Below are positions 37,216-49,388 of a stretch of DNA of 64,000 nt, in pieces (position 1 is the first letter of the stretch; each line of letters starts with the position of its first letter). The notes below the pieces were generated by a model, which did not search any database, had not been told where the DNA came from, and worked only from the letters and a program-made list of their open reading frames with translations. A program made the translations under genes and the position numbers. The DNA is from Trichodelitschia bisporula (lineage: Eukaryota). The stretch is taken from the NCBI GenBank assembly GCA_010356995.1, contig ML996696.1, positions 622,364-686,363 on the forward strand, read 5' to 3'.

Positions 37216-39879
37216 TTAGATATCCTCCTCTTCCTGCAGTTGAGTCTTCCCCTTTTCCGCCTGTCCTCGCTCCTCCTGCTTCCACCAGAGCTCTGCAAGA
37301 AACTGTTCCGTACTCGCATCATCAACGCTCTTGTCTTCCCTCACTCTCAAGAATCTGGGAAACCTCAGACTCAAGCCTCTTTCTTCGCTCACGAGCCCCA
37401 TGGCCGCCATGTACGTTGGGCTGAGTGTGATGTCAGCGAACACGACCTCCCACACCTCACGCGGCTCAAACCAGACGTCCGGCTCCGGGCCGTGGTACTC
37501 AACATAGTGAGGGCGCGAAATCGTATTCTTCCCCTCGGCCGGGTCGTACGTCGCACGGTTCTGCGCATAGAAGACGTCACTGAAGCCGGACATACACTTG
37601 GTGACGGCGACGAGGGAGCCCGTAGTTGGATTCCGTACGGCGAGTAGGATGGGTGACCACCACTTTGCTTTACGGCCGTTGCCGTGCCAGGCTGCAATAG
37701 GGACAAGATCGAGCGTATCTGTCGAGGCGTGGTAGTCTTTCTTGACTTTGAGCCACGAATCGAGGCGCTTGTCGGGCTCGTAAGAGGCAAGGAGAGCTTT
37801 ACGGCGGGTAGGTTTTTCATCTGGGACTGTAACCGTGGAGTCCACTGACTTGGATTTTGTTTTCGTTTTAGTGGCCTTTGCCTTCTTAGATACCACAGTG
37901 GACAGTGAAGATAATTCGGGGTTGTCGAGCGGCTCGGGTAGTGGCAGGCTGTCCAACACCTTGGCCATGATACCCTCACACTTTTCAGTCGTTGCGCACT
38001 TGAAGAACTCCAAGACAGTGTCTGCATCAGCGGAAGTAGCGTCGAGGCTCTTGACCCAAGTGAAACGATGCGGAATCTCAATGAACAAGCTCCTGAGTAA
38101 GCTTCTCCTTTCGCGAAACGGCCGGTCAAGCAACTCCTCGCCGTTCAGGTACATGAGATCGAAGGCAAAGAGGCAGACCACAACCTTGACCTCATGGACA
38201 GCGACGTCCTTGCGTGCCCGATTTGACAATACCTGAAACGGCTTCAGTTCACCCGTCTCTTTGTCGACGGCCACGACCTCGCCCTCGAGGATAAAGCTGG
38301 ATATACTGTAACCGCGGATCTGAGGCACCAATGCCACAAGATCGGGATACTTGTCTGTCATAAGCTCGAGGTGCCGTGAGAAGATGCTCACGCGGCCGGT
38401 TGCGTCGCAGTGTACCTGCGCTCGCTGCCCGTCGTATTTGTACTCGCAGCTGAAGTCGCGCCCCTGGAGCTTGGTCAACATCTCGGCGAGATCGCGAGTT
38501 ATACTCCCGAGCATGGGACGCAAGGGTTGATGGAGCGTTAGGCCACAACGGACAAGGAGCTCATCGCAGACACCAATCTCGAGAAGAGTGGGCACGAGGT
38601 CGTTGTAGTTAGGCCGGCGGGCAAAGCAGGCTTTCACAGTCGCTTCTGCTTTCGAGAAGATGGTGCTCAGCTCTTCCTTTTTCAGAGACGAAAGGGACTT
38701 TGCGTCGCGGATCGGAAATGTGGCATTGAACGGTCGTGAGAGCAGAAAGGCGCGAGACAGAGCAATTAGCATCGTGGTGCGCACGGCACCTATCCGCAGC
38801 TTCGTTCGTCAGATCGACAATGCCATTATTATACGAGATACCTACATTCTGCACCAGTGTGCGTACGATATACCGACTCTCCTCAGCGCCGCGGGCGTCC
38901 TGGAGAAGGCGGTCGACAATCCGCTGTTTCGCCTCTCGACTGCCCTGGCCTTTGCTGCTTGCAATTCCGACCAGGGAGTCAAACACACTCTTGATGGTGA
39001 GGGGCTTCGGCTTGCGGAGCGTAAAAGCCTGACGCTTCTTTGCCTCGAAAGCGACATCGCCCGGATCGCCATGCTTGTTGTACAGTGACTTGAGGCGTGC
39101 GTTATCCAATCCGCAGACCTTCTTCAGTGCCTTTGATATCGCCGACCCGCCGAGGCCAAGCTCCAAGCTCTCATACGGAGGACTGATAGCATTTGCTGTC
39201 AGCCAGACCTGTATCTGTTAGTCTCATCCGTCCAAAAAGAGTCAATGATACTAACCGCCGGCAGCAACGCCTCCGGATCCGTCTCGATTATCGTCCGCAG
39301 CAGATTCACTAATGTATCCACGATACGAATGCGACTCTGCGTCCCATTGACGAGTGTAAAGCACCGCACGAGCAAGGCGTAACTCGCATGCCCCCTCTCC
39401 TCTGCCCAGCTCTCCCGTAGTGCATCGCTATATTTGCTCGGCTCGAAGGTCAACGGACTCTCGTCGAACGGGATTTCCCCCGTTACAGTATCCTCTTCGG
39501 CGGCCGTCGACTGGAGCACCAGCATCCGCGGGCCGGTCTGTGGGAGGTCCCCCCTTTTGCTCTCGCTCGCCTCCACCGGGGCCGTCGACTCGTCATTGGC
39601 TTTCTCCGATCCCTCGGCTTCACTGGCTATCCTACCATCTCCGCTTGGCTTTCTCTCTGCTTCAGTTTCTCTGCCGGGCACTTCAGCCAGGCTCTCAGCA
39701 TCCCACTGCTCCTGCAACCTCCTCGCTAGCTCCTCGTCCGCATTCGCGTCATTTGCAGCAGACTTACTCTCTTCTTTTACAGCAGAAGCAGCCGCCTTCT
39801 GCCTGGCAAAGAAGTAATCAAGCGTAGCCACCGGCTTTCCATCATTCTTCTTTCGTTTCTTCGCCAGATTTCCAGACAT
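37216..39879 (-). CDS. ATP-dependent DNA ligase I-family paralogue (fungal 'Lig3'/Adl1 type)
   Basis: ATG at 39879 (MSGNLAKKRKK...TLDYFF). Two introns (~39210-39256, ~38800-38844). Motifs PMLGSITRDL, EYKYDGQRAQVH, EGEVVA, FDLMYLNG, EGIMAK, YEPDKRLDSWLKVKKDY, SLRFPRF. KYDGQR rather than KYDGER suggests the non-Cdc9 paralogue. Confidence 0.93.
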
Positions 39880-40173
39880 CGGAAGAAAGCGACAAGCTTG
39901 TATGTCGTCAGCCTTGAGGTGAAGTTCAAGAAACAACAAGGGCGGCTTGTTGGCCCCGGTGTTTACCCGCCCTAAGACCAGGGGTCGCTGCAGGTGCGCA
40001 TCATCGGCGGGGAATGCCTTGCTTGGCGGCTTAGTGAGATCGGGCGCACCCGATCGGCGGAAGCGACGCGCGCCGCGTTTATGAAGCACGAGACGGAATA
40101 CGAAGCACAATATCGGAGTACGCGAGAGGAGAGATGCGATACGAAGTACGAAAGCTACGAACCGCTCGCAATA

Positions 40174-40845
40174 ATGCCGCCTCCATTATCAACAGACCTA
40201 ACCGCTTACCTAAACTCCAAGTCCCTCACACCGACCACCGCGTGGTTGTCCACCTTCTTGTCGACGCAGCGCCCGAACATCCCGCCTGCCGCGCTGCGCC
40301 AAACGGCCCTGTTCCGCCTCCTTGCGAGCAACATCACCGAGACGCTACAGCCGGGACCGGGAAGCGTTTTTCCGCGCGACATACACGATGCAGCAGTACC
40401 AGAGCGCAGGCTGCAGGGCCCGGTGGTGGTGCAGGTCGTGGATGTGGCAGATATAGGGCGGAGCCGGTGGGCGCAAGTGGAGGCATTGGAAGCGCTGGAA
40501 CGCGGCGAGGGAGTACGGGGACGGGAGATTGTGCGCGTTGTGCCTGGAGAGACGGACGGGGAGGGAGGGGAAGAAAGATGGAAGGGGCCGCACAAGCTTA
40601 CGTTGCAGGATGCGAGAGGGATGTGTGTTTATGGGGTTGAGGTTGAAGGGATTGAGGGGGTAGGGATGGGGATGGCCATGGGGGTTAAGATGGTGCTGAA
40701 GGATATAGTTGTTGCGCGAGGCGTGATATTGCTTGACCCGAGGGGAGCGGCGATGTTAGGTGGAAGGATGGAGGGGTTACATAAGGTTTGGAAAGAGGAC
40801 TTGAAAGAGAGGTTGAAGGGGGAGACTCAGAGAGGAGGAGACTGA
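40174..40845 (+). CDS. RMI1: RecQ-mediated genome instability protein 1 (N-terminal helical + OB fold)
   Basis: ATG at 40174; AWL...FRLLASNI...LQGPVVVQVVDVADIG...HKLTLQD...VYGVE...GVKMVL...VARGVILL...LGG is the Rmi1 N-terminal/OB pattern. Confidence 0.9.
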   Translation: MPPPLSTDLTAYLNSKSLTPTTAWLSTFLSTQRPNIPPAALRQTALFRLLASNITETLQPGPGSVFPRDIHDAAVPERRLQGPVVVQVVDVADIGRSRWAQVEALEALERGEGVRGREIVRVVPGETDGEGGEERWKGPHKLTLQDARGMCVYGVEVEGIEGVGMGMAMGVKMVLKDIVVARGVILLDPRGAAMLGGRMEGLHKVWKEDLKERLKGETQRGGD

Positions 40846-43389
40846 TGAAGCGATGGTGATGACAACGATGGACGATGGAGAAACTCTATCATGGATCATG
40901 CAGACGGTTATGGCTATTCTCGGGACCAAGCACCGGGTTCGGGAGCATATAAACGGCGCATATGCCTCGTTGCCGTCTCCAGCTCTTAGCATTTCTTCTT
41001 CCGGCCGATCAACGACGTACAGCAGTTGTTTGCGCGACGCGCGTCGATCATTTACCGGGATATTCAAAGCCGAACTGGAAACATGCCCTGTACCGTGCAT
41101 TAGTCGAGTTCATTCTTGCGGCCATCCCGGCCGAGGCACGGCGAGTGTCGTCTTGACAGGCCTGCCATCTCGCAACATGGCATCAGGGTAGCCGTCCACG
41201 CCACAGTTTCGTCTATAAAACAGGATACGGCACACGATTGCGTGCCCCAGGGACCCGAAGTGGTAAGAAAGTAGTGGAACGACGGAAGCGAAAAATGGGC
41301 CTGAGGAAGTCCCGAATGCAAGTGCAGAATGTACATCCGTACATGTCATGCCCCATTATTCGGAGTTCACTCGGGTTCCAGAAGCCGCCGCCACTTTTAC
41401 CGTAAGTGATCCCGCTGCACTCCGCAGCCACACTTCCTGCGCGCGGAAAAACAAAGACCCACCCGATTGCAGTAGCAGCGACGGCAAGGCAGCGGGAGCC
41501 ACGGCGTCCCCTGGAATGATGTGCAACACGGCTGGTCGCGGGCGGCAGCACTCACCCATCAGGCACAGCAGCAGAACAAGGCATGGCATGTGACGGGTCT
41601 CGCGCGCGCCAAATATACACCCTAAATGCCAAATTGTGGCCGGGTCAGACCCGAGACAGTTGGTAGGTTACAAATGGTCACGGAGAACTTCTTGGAAGGT
41701 AACAACGTAGTCGCAAGCGCAGTGCCGGATTGCCCTTATCTGAGGCGAGAGGGCGAGGCAGGCCTTGGAGGCTGGGGCGCCCAAGGCGTGCGAGGTTCGG
41801 GGCGCAGGTTGGTGATGCTAGATGAGGAGTGGTTGCGTTTTGCGGTACTGTGCGGCACTCGCTGTGCATGCTGTGCTGCGCTGCGCTCCGCTGGCCTTTC
41901 TTTAGACGTTGATGCGACGCTGCATGGGGCGCGAGGCCGACGGATGTGAGGGCAAAGGAGGAGGAGAACTCCGTACGCCGGGATCGTACGGAGCCAGATG
42001 CGCTGGTGAGAAAAAGGAACCTGCATAACGGACCTTTTTCCCTTCGACATGGCATGGTGGGTGCTTTTTAGATGGGGTTGACCGTGCGACTCCATCCTTA
42101 AGTCTGATGGATTGAGGATGGACGAAAGGTAAGGCGGGGGGGGCAGTGGGCAGTGTGATGGAGACGTGGATGGGTGTGATTTGAGCAGAGTGAAGAATAG
42201 ATGGGTCTGGATTCTCTTGGAGGAGCTGGAAACGTTATTGGGGGAGTGACTGGGCGAAGAAACTGTCTACGGTATCGCAACCGCCCGTCCTATCGTGTCT
42301 ATCTCCGTAATGTCCCCCCATCCATTCCCAAAGTAGTTATTGCAGATCTTCTTTCCAATGTTCCCCAACTGCCAGCCGAACGCCATACATCCGTATACTA
42401 CGTACACATACTTCAGTGCTCTGCTCAGCTCTCCAAGGCTCCACCACCAACTCCGTAGTTATCAGCAGAGAGTCAGAGAGTACACACTTGGCTTATCGAC
42501 TCTTCGGATGTACAGTATCAAGTATCACAGGCCCATTCATCATCCCAAACCCATCGATACCCCCTCCCGCCCCCCAGCATCCCCCACCCCCAAAATACCC
42601 CCGGCCTAGCCAAAGAAAAATGCCATGGCACTTGATGGGGCGGTTTGATGGTTCGCGCAGTTTCTCGAACGCCGGCAAGCTGGCTTGCGCTTGCGCTGAC
42701 TCTCATATTGTCGCTCCGTCCGCGCCTCTTTCTGACTGGAACACCAGCCCAACCAGCGTGTCCCTCCCAACCCCTTCCGCGATCCGTCCACCTCCCATGC
42801 ACCGTCCACCTCTCGCCATCTTGATACAAATAATACCCGCGAACTAGTTAAACTAAGTAACGAACTTACCACTTACTTCGCAACGACTCTTATTAAAGCC
42901 TGTAGCCCTCCCATCCCCCCTCAATTACATTCCCCTTCTGCTCTCTTGCCCTTTCTTCCCGTCTTACCTCGTGGCTTTTGTCTGCCCCAACCCGCTTTCT
43001 TCCCTTTCAGCTTCGCACTACATATCCATCCGCTCGCCCTCGCAACACATAGTTCGTCCCTTCGCTTTCGCCTCCACAACCTCCCGTCTCGCCCCCCAAT
43101 CTCCGCCCGAGTAACTATCGCGCCTTTACCCATCCCTACCTCGTCCCCGGACCCTGCCGCCACCCGTAAAGGCCTTATAAGCACGCGATAGCCTGCTCGC
43201 CTTGCTCCGCCTCCCTTACCCGCGCCACACTACCGAAACTCCGCAAGTCGATACAGCCTGCCGCTGCCTACATCACCTGCCCACTCACCCACGAGGCGCC
43301 GTTTCCACGCGCATTCACCCCCACCACCACCTACAAGAACCATCGCGAAGACCATTCCTACAACCTCTATAACCCCCGCAACCGCAACC

Positions 43390-43962
43390 ATGTCTTCTCC
43401 TCCGCCCACCTCCGCCGCCTCGCCATCCGCCTCCTCCCCGCCCCCGGAAACAGTCGAGACAATGGAAATCTTCGTCAGAGACCTGTCCGGCGAAAGTACG
43501 TGCCATACCGCCTCCTCAAAAATCAATCTAACAGTCGTAGTCATCCCCCTATCCCTCCCGCCATCCACAACAATCAGCACACTGAAGTCCCTCCTCGCCC
43601 TCCGCACCAACCACACCCCCGCCTCCCTCCGCCTGAGCTACAACTCCACCGCGCTGACCCCGCGCTCGACCCTCCTCAGCTCCTCCATTCCCGAATCATC
43701 GACACTGACGCTCGCCCTCGCGCCTCGCACCACGGCGCGTCGACCCACGTGCGACTACAAGAAAGCGACGCCGGAGAAGTGTCGCGAGCAGGTGCAGCGC
43801 ATCGTGGGTGACTGCGGCTTCTGCGGCGGGCACTTCTGCAGCAAGCACCGGCTGCTAGAGAGCCATGCGTGCGCGAAGCTGGAGGACTGCAAGAAGGAGA
43901 GTCATGAGCGGAATGCCGAGAGGCTGAACGCGGAGCGGACGGTGGCGATTCGGGGAGTGTAG
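43390..43962 (+). CDS. Ubiquitin-like domain + AN1-type zinc finger protein
   Basis: MEIFVRDLSGE|IIPLSL...TISTLK...LRLSYN (Ubl domain; 45-nt intron 43496-43540), then C..C...GDCGFCGGHFCSKHRLLESHAC (AN1). Confidence 0.92.
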   Translation: MSSPPPTSAASPSASSPPPETVETMEIFVRDLSGESTCHTASSKINLTVVVIPLSLPPSTTISTLKSLLALRTNHTPASLRLSYNSTALTPRSTLLSSSIPESSTLTLALAPRTTARRPTCDYKKATPEKCREQVQRIVGDCGFCGGHFCSKHRLLESHACAKLEDCKKESHERNAERLNAERTVAIRGV

Positions 43963-46900
43963 GATTGGGTGGATCTGATCTGAGATTGCGATTTGGGTTG
44001 GGTTGGGAGCGATGCATTTGTTTTGCGACGTCATTGTCGCGGTTGCGAGTTCGTGATGCTCAGGGACTGGGTTAATTACGCCCCGTTTGACCCTGCGCGT
44101 GGTTTGCGCAACCGGAGGGAGCTGGTACACACGCTATGTAATGGCATGAGGTTCGCAATTCAGCTCTACATACCCCTTCTACTGCATTGCCTCTGCGTTG
44201 ATCTTGAATGATAGAAATTGATACTCCTGCGTCTTCCATCGCTCTGCAATGTCGTCTCGCTCCCCACGTGCCCCAACCTCGGCCGGTATAACACACGTGG
44301 GCTCAACCGCGGTACTACACGGCCCTGAGGACCATACTTTATCTCGACCTCTGATGGGGTAGATTTCCGCGGCTCGTGCGCCCGCGTCCACTCTTCCAGC
44401 CAGAACCAAACAGAAACGCCCCATGGGTCTAGCCCGCAGTCGATGGCATCGCCAAGCGGCCCGCCAGGACCGAACTCGGAAGCTGTAGGAACAGAATCGG
44501 TTCATCGGCCTGGATTGAAGTGGGGTGGCCGATGTGGGGCTGCGGGGGAGTCGGTCCCAGAGGTGATGGCCGATGTCGGAGTGGAGTTGGAGATGGTGTC
44601 TGTGGGATGGAATTGTGGGATCTGGGGTACGGAGGGTTTGGACACCAGGTATGGGGTAGTACTCGTTCTCTTCTCACACATGACTTGCGGCTGGCAGGCT
44701 GGGCGAGCCTTAATTCGAAGGCCATGGGATCTGGAGAGACGAGATGGGGTAGACGATGCGATGGGTACGACTCCGCACTTCGCCTGTGCGTTGGAACAAC
44801 CTGTACGCCTCTCCACCTCCTCGATACCTACAGAAACCGTTCGATGCTGATACCTATATGTCCAGGATGAGATGGCGCGCCCTGAGGAACTCATAGCTCT
44901 TGAGGCTAAGTGCAACCGCTCTGACGATGCACTGTGACAGTGCTTTGGTAGCACTTCCTCCTTGCTGATGCATGATCACTGATACGCCTTGGTGGACGAA
45001 CACAGACAAGATGGCCAGGAGGAGAGCGCATTGCAGCGAGTGTCCGGGTACCCGTTGATGTTGTGGAAGAAAAGCGCCATCCCCGCATCACGACATCCTC
45101 GTTTCCACCTACCATGTCACATTCTTCAACTTTCTACACAGCCCCTCTGCACCCCTAAGCCCTATCCCCCTAGGAGCGGACACTCATTAGCACAACTACT
45201 CCGCCGGCGCAACCATGACAGGCTATCTGCCCGCCGAGCCGGGCATACAGGCAGTCACGATACTCGTACAGCGCATTAGGCCATATGAGGAAGACGATCT
45301 TGATCATGTGCACGACCTAAGGACGGGTAGGGCCTGGCCGAGAACGTGATGTTGGTCGGAATTCTACGAAGCCCGGATGAGGGAGGTCACTTTACCTGTG
45401 TCGTCGCCGAGATGGCTGGACGGGGAAGCGTGCTGATGGATGAGGTTGGCGAACCTGGGCGGCGGATGGACTGGGACTGAAGCAGGTTTATATGCTCGGA
45501 GGGGTAGGCCGGGAGCCGGAGCTGCCCTAATAAACTAGAAGGCTGTGCTACTGTACGGGTAAGCTTCGAGGCTGAGTGCATCGTGGCGATTTCTGATAGC
45601 GCGGACTTGTCTCTGCGCGGTTGTGCCGAGACGTCGGGTTCACTCGCCTTCGGCTCGTGAGCTTGTATCTGGTGCACGACTGCTACGGAGAGTTACCTTC
45701 CGTGGCTAGATCTGTACTAAGGGTGAACGGTGAATATGGGCCACAATTCAAGAACAAAGAATTGGCTTGAGTCTTAATCCTTGGATTCTTGGTGTTGGGA
45801 GATGCAGTCGGAGACTGGAGGTTGTTTGAGACAACCTGCCGGCCAAGGACGAGATGCCGATAGGCACCGGCAGCCAAGCGGCTTGGGACAATGTACACGG
45901 GAAGGTACGTCTCTTTCTCGTGTGGCCGGCTGCAGTCTGCACAGCTATGGCCGCGGGCGGGACTCTCTGGTTCGGAAGTTTTGTCTTGTCGATGCAAGAT
46001 GAACATGGTGGTGACGGCTTGCCGGGTCTCGTTGCCTGCTAGCGAGCTGGAAGATGGCGATCTATCTGACGACATCCTTGTCGTCCCTTCTTCATTCCCC
46101 AAAACTACCTCATCTGTCGACACCCGACTCCTACCTTCAACCCCTCCTCCTCCCTCTCACCCCCCTCCCACCGAGAGACCGAGAGGCAACGTACATGCAA
46201 CCCTTTACATATGCATCTCGGCGACCCGCTTCTTTCATGTATTCCCCTAACGCTTGTCTCTGTTGCCATGATAAGCATGTCGAGTTTGAAATGCAGCTGG
46301 CCTGGTCACAATTTTCATGCTAGAATATGGTACTCTGGCCCCTCTGTACCTCCCCGTCACTGTCTATTCATGTCCGGGTCAATGACGCGCTCTAGATCTC
46401 TCCAACATGTGTAGTCCAACGGCCCATTACGTAGTCCATCCTCTGCCACGTGTGGTCATGGAGCAAGATCTGGACACACCGTTTTCTAGTTCCCCCTCCT
46501 TCCTCTTACCTGCACCTACGCTATGAGACCTTGTGCCCCGAGTTACGAGATACTGCATATCCGTCCCCTTGGCACCGAAGCCGAGTAGCCAGTTGTTTAT
46601 GCAATATTTCTATCCTATCTTATCGATGGCATCTCCACTCCCACTTGGCGCAGTCTTGACCGCTGGACGTTGTGCCACCTTGTCACTGTTATGGCGTTTG
46701 CTACCAACAGCGTATGTACCCCAGCAGCGTGATATAAAGCTGGTTGGGCGGGAGGGGGCGGGCGCTGCTGTAGCAGAGTCCAGCCTCATCCTCCTGGGGA
46801 TCCCGAAGACAGTTGACCGTTCCGATTTTTACCGTTTGCCTGTTATACAGCTTTCACATCTGTCAGATCAGTGTGCTATACGTTGGCTGATATTGCCTGT

Positions 46901-47029
46901 TCTTCTTCTGGTCTCATTGCCAACCGTTTGATATCGCACGAGTCACCCATCTTCTCCGAAAGTGAACACAGAGGCTTCCGGCCATCATCTCCCACGGACG
47001 ACGCAGAAGTTTCCGGAACTAGACTCAAC

Positions 47030-48749
47030 ATGCGTACTTCATGCAGCATAAACCTGCAAGACGAGACACCTCGAAGCGGACTCTCCACCTTCACCAGCGA
47101 TGACGAACCACCAAGCAAACCCAGCACCGTGAGCCACACGCCAGTGCTCACCGGGGATTCCAGTGCCACGCCGGTCTGGCCGCGTCAGAAGCAGGCTTAC
47201 ATAACGTTGGCGGCCTGTTTCTTCCTGATGTTTAACAGTTGGGGTCTGGTCAATGCCTACGGTACCTTTGCCTCCTTCTACATGCAGGAGCTACTCCCCG
47301 GGCGCAACATGCTGCTTCTCAACCTCGTCGGCTCCACTGAATCATTTCTGGTTTTGATATTCTCGTTTGCCGTCGGTCGCATCCTGGATGCCGGGTACCA
47401 CCGTGCGTTGCTGGCGGCTGGGTTCATACTGGTTCCGACGGGGATGGGGGCGCTGAGTAGGGCTGCTGGCAATGGCGGATACAATCAGGGAAACTATGGG
47501 TTGATTTGGCTGTTTCAGGGACTCATCATGGGGTTGGGGATGTCGTGCTTCTTCGTCACGAGCTCGCAAAGTAAGTTTCCCGCAGCTCCATAGATGTTGC
47601 TGATCATCAGTCGCTGCGACATGGTTTGCGAAGAAGAAGGCGCTGGCCATTGGAATCGTTGCCTCCGGAGCAAGCATCGGTGGGTCTTCAAGACTATCCT
47701 TTTCGTATTGCTCATAGCTTCTAGCTGGCCTCGTATATCCCATCATGACAAAGATGTTGATCCAAAAGATCGGCTTTCAATACGCGGTCCTATGCGTCGC
47801 GGTTGTAATAGCGGTCACATCATGCTTCGCCTTCACACTCGCCCAGCCACACCCGCAGCATCAGTTCCGGAAGCCGGAGAAATGGATGCAGGTCAGCCTG
47901 TGGATCGACACGCATGCCGTGAGCAACGCGTCATTCAGCCTGTTTACTGCGGCGATTGCCTTTATGTTCTTCGGTTTCTACGCCGTATTCTTCAATTTCG
48001 AAGAGGCAAGCTCCTCCTACAGACTTATGTTCAGTGCTAATGTGACCAGTGGGCTGCGGCTGAAGGCGTCGGCTACAAAGACCGGCCAACCGTTCCCTTC
48101 CCTGGTTCGACCGAAATGTTCGAAGCGAGGCCTAAAGACGCCCTGCGCACCTTTTACCTCCTCGCCATGTTGAATGCCTTCAGCACCATCGGGCGCATAG
48201 TTGCGGGTTACCTCTCTGATCAGTGAGTTTCCTTCCCCAAATCCCCGAATGAGCTGACCCCCTAGTCTCGGCGCCGTCCATGTCCACGCGGTCGTAACCT
48301 TCGTCTCCGCTATCCTCATCTCCTGCCTCTGGATCTTCTGCCCAACGCGTGCCGGCACTCTCGCCTTCGTGGTGCTCTACGGCGCCATCTCCGGCTCAGT
48401 TATCGGACTGCCGCCTGCTTCAATAGCACACATCTTGGGACACTCGCGCGACGCCCAATCCAAGCTCGGTCAGTGGACCGGCATGATGTACACGGTTGCC
48501 GCGCCATTCGCGCTCACCGGCCCGGTCATTGCGGGGTTCTTGATCAGCAAGTACAAGTCGTACCTCCCGATGCAGGTGTGGTCTGCAGTGTCGCTGCTGA
48601 TGAGCTCTGTGTGCATGGCTTGGGCCGGGTATCTGCTGCACCGTCAGCGGGGTGGGAAGGGGTTGAGGGGCGCGGTTATGAGGATGCGAAGCATGGTGAG
48701 CTCTGACGAGAAAGACGAGGCGGAGGCTAGAGAGACCATTGATGTTTAA
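47030..48749 (+). CDS. MFS transporter, monocarboxylate porter (Mch) family
   Basis: FNSWGLVNAYGTF, GRILDAG, QGLIMGLG, ATWFAKKKALAIGIVASGASI, GRIVAGYLSD, GQWTGM, GPVIAG. Four introns including a GC-AG intron at 48006-48049. Start codon uncertain; upstream exons are possible. Confidence 0.9.
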
Positions 48750-49388
48750 GGGCTACTTCTTGTATGGTTGATACCCTGGGCGAGAGGGTCTGGCCGCGAT
48801 TCTCGGAGTAAGGCGTCAAAAGTGACAGGGATAGAACAATTGGCTGGGGAGACTTATGCAGACAGCTCTTGTATATCGAAGAGCTGGGGTTGCTTGCATG
48901 AGGCTCTACAGGCATCAGCGCAACAAACGGGCTTCATGCTGCCTGACGGAGGCGTTTTTGGCGTTTTAGACTTTGATATCCCATATAACGATCGTGGTGA
49001 TGAATGAAATTACTTAAGCTCAGAATGTGTATTCCTACGGCAATAAGAGAAATCATACAGTTGCGCTGTATGCATGTCGTCTCAACTAGTGCGCCACAGT
49101 GTGGCGTTGTGACAGATGCTTCCAAGCGACACAGGCGGACCCCTGCGATAACCCTTGCCGGCTTCTTCGCCGCAGCTATTGAGCTCGATCATCACGTTCC
49201 GCGCAAAGTGGCCTTTCCTACATCCAGTATTTTGCATCACACCTTCACCTTCTTTGTCTCTACATCCTCTGTTTCACCGATCATCCGCACGCGTTCCGCC
49301 GTTTCCCTAAAGTTTGCACATGGACCTTTCCACCTCCAATTAAGCCGCTTCTCCTCACCGCTCCAGGCCCGCGAACTGGATGCCCAAG

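Noticed and set aside
39994..40173. 60-codon N-terminal extension of RMI1 (and a similar extension of the ligase ORF)
   Set aside because: Non-ATG starts inside the shared promoter; homology begins at ATG 40174 and ATG 39879.
41969..41993. 9-bp inverted repeat CTCCGTACG/CGTACGGAG
   Set aside because: Isolated short hairpin, plausible by chance; no terminal-inverted-repeat or target-site-duplication context.
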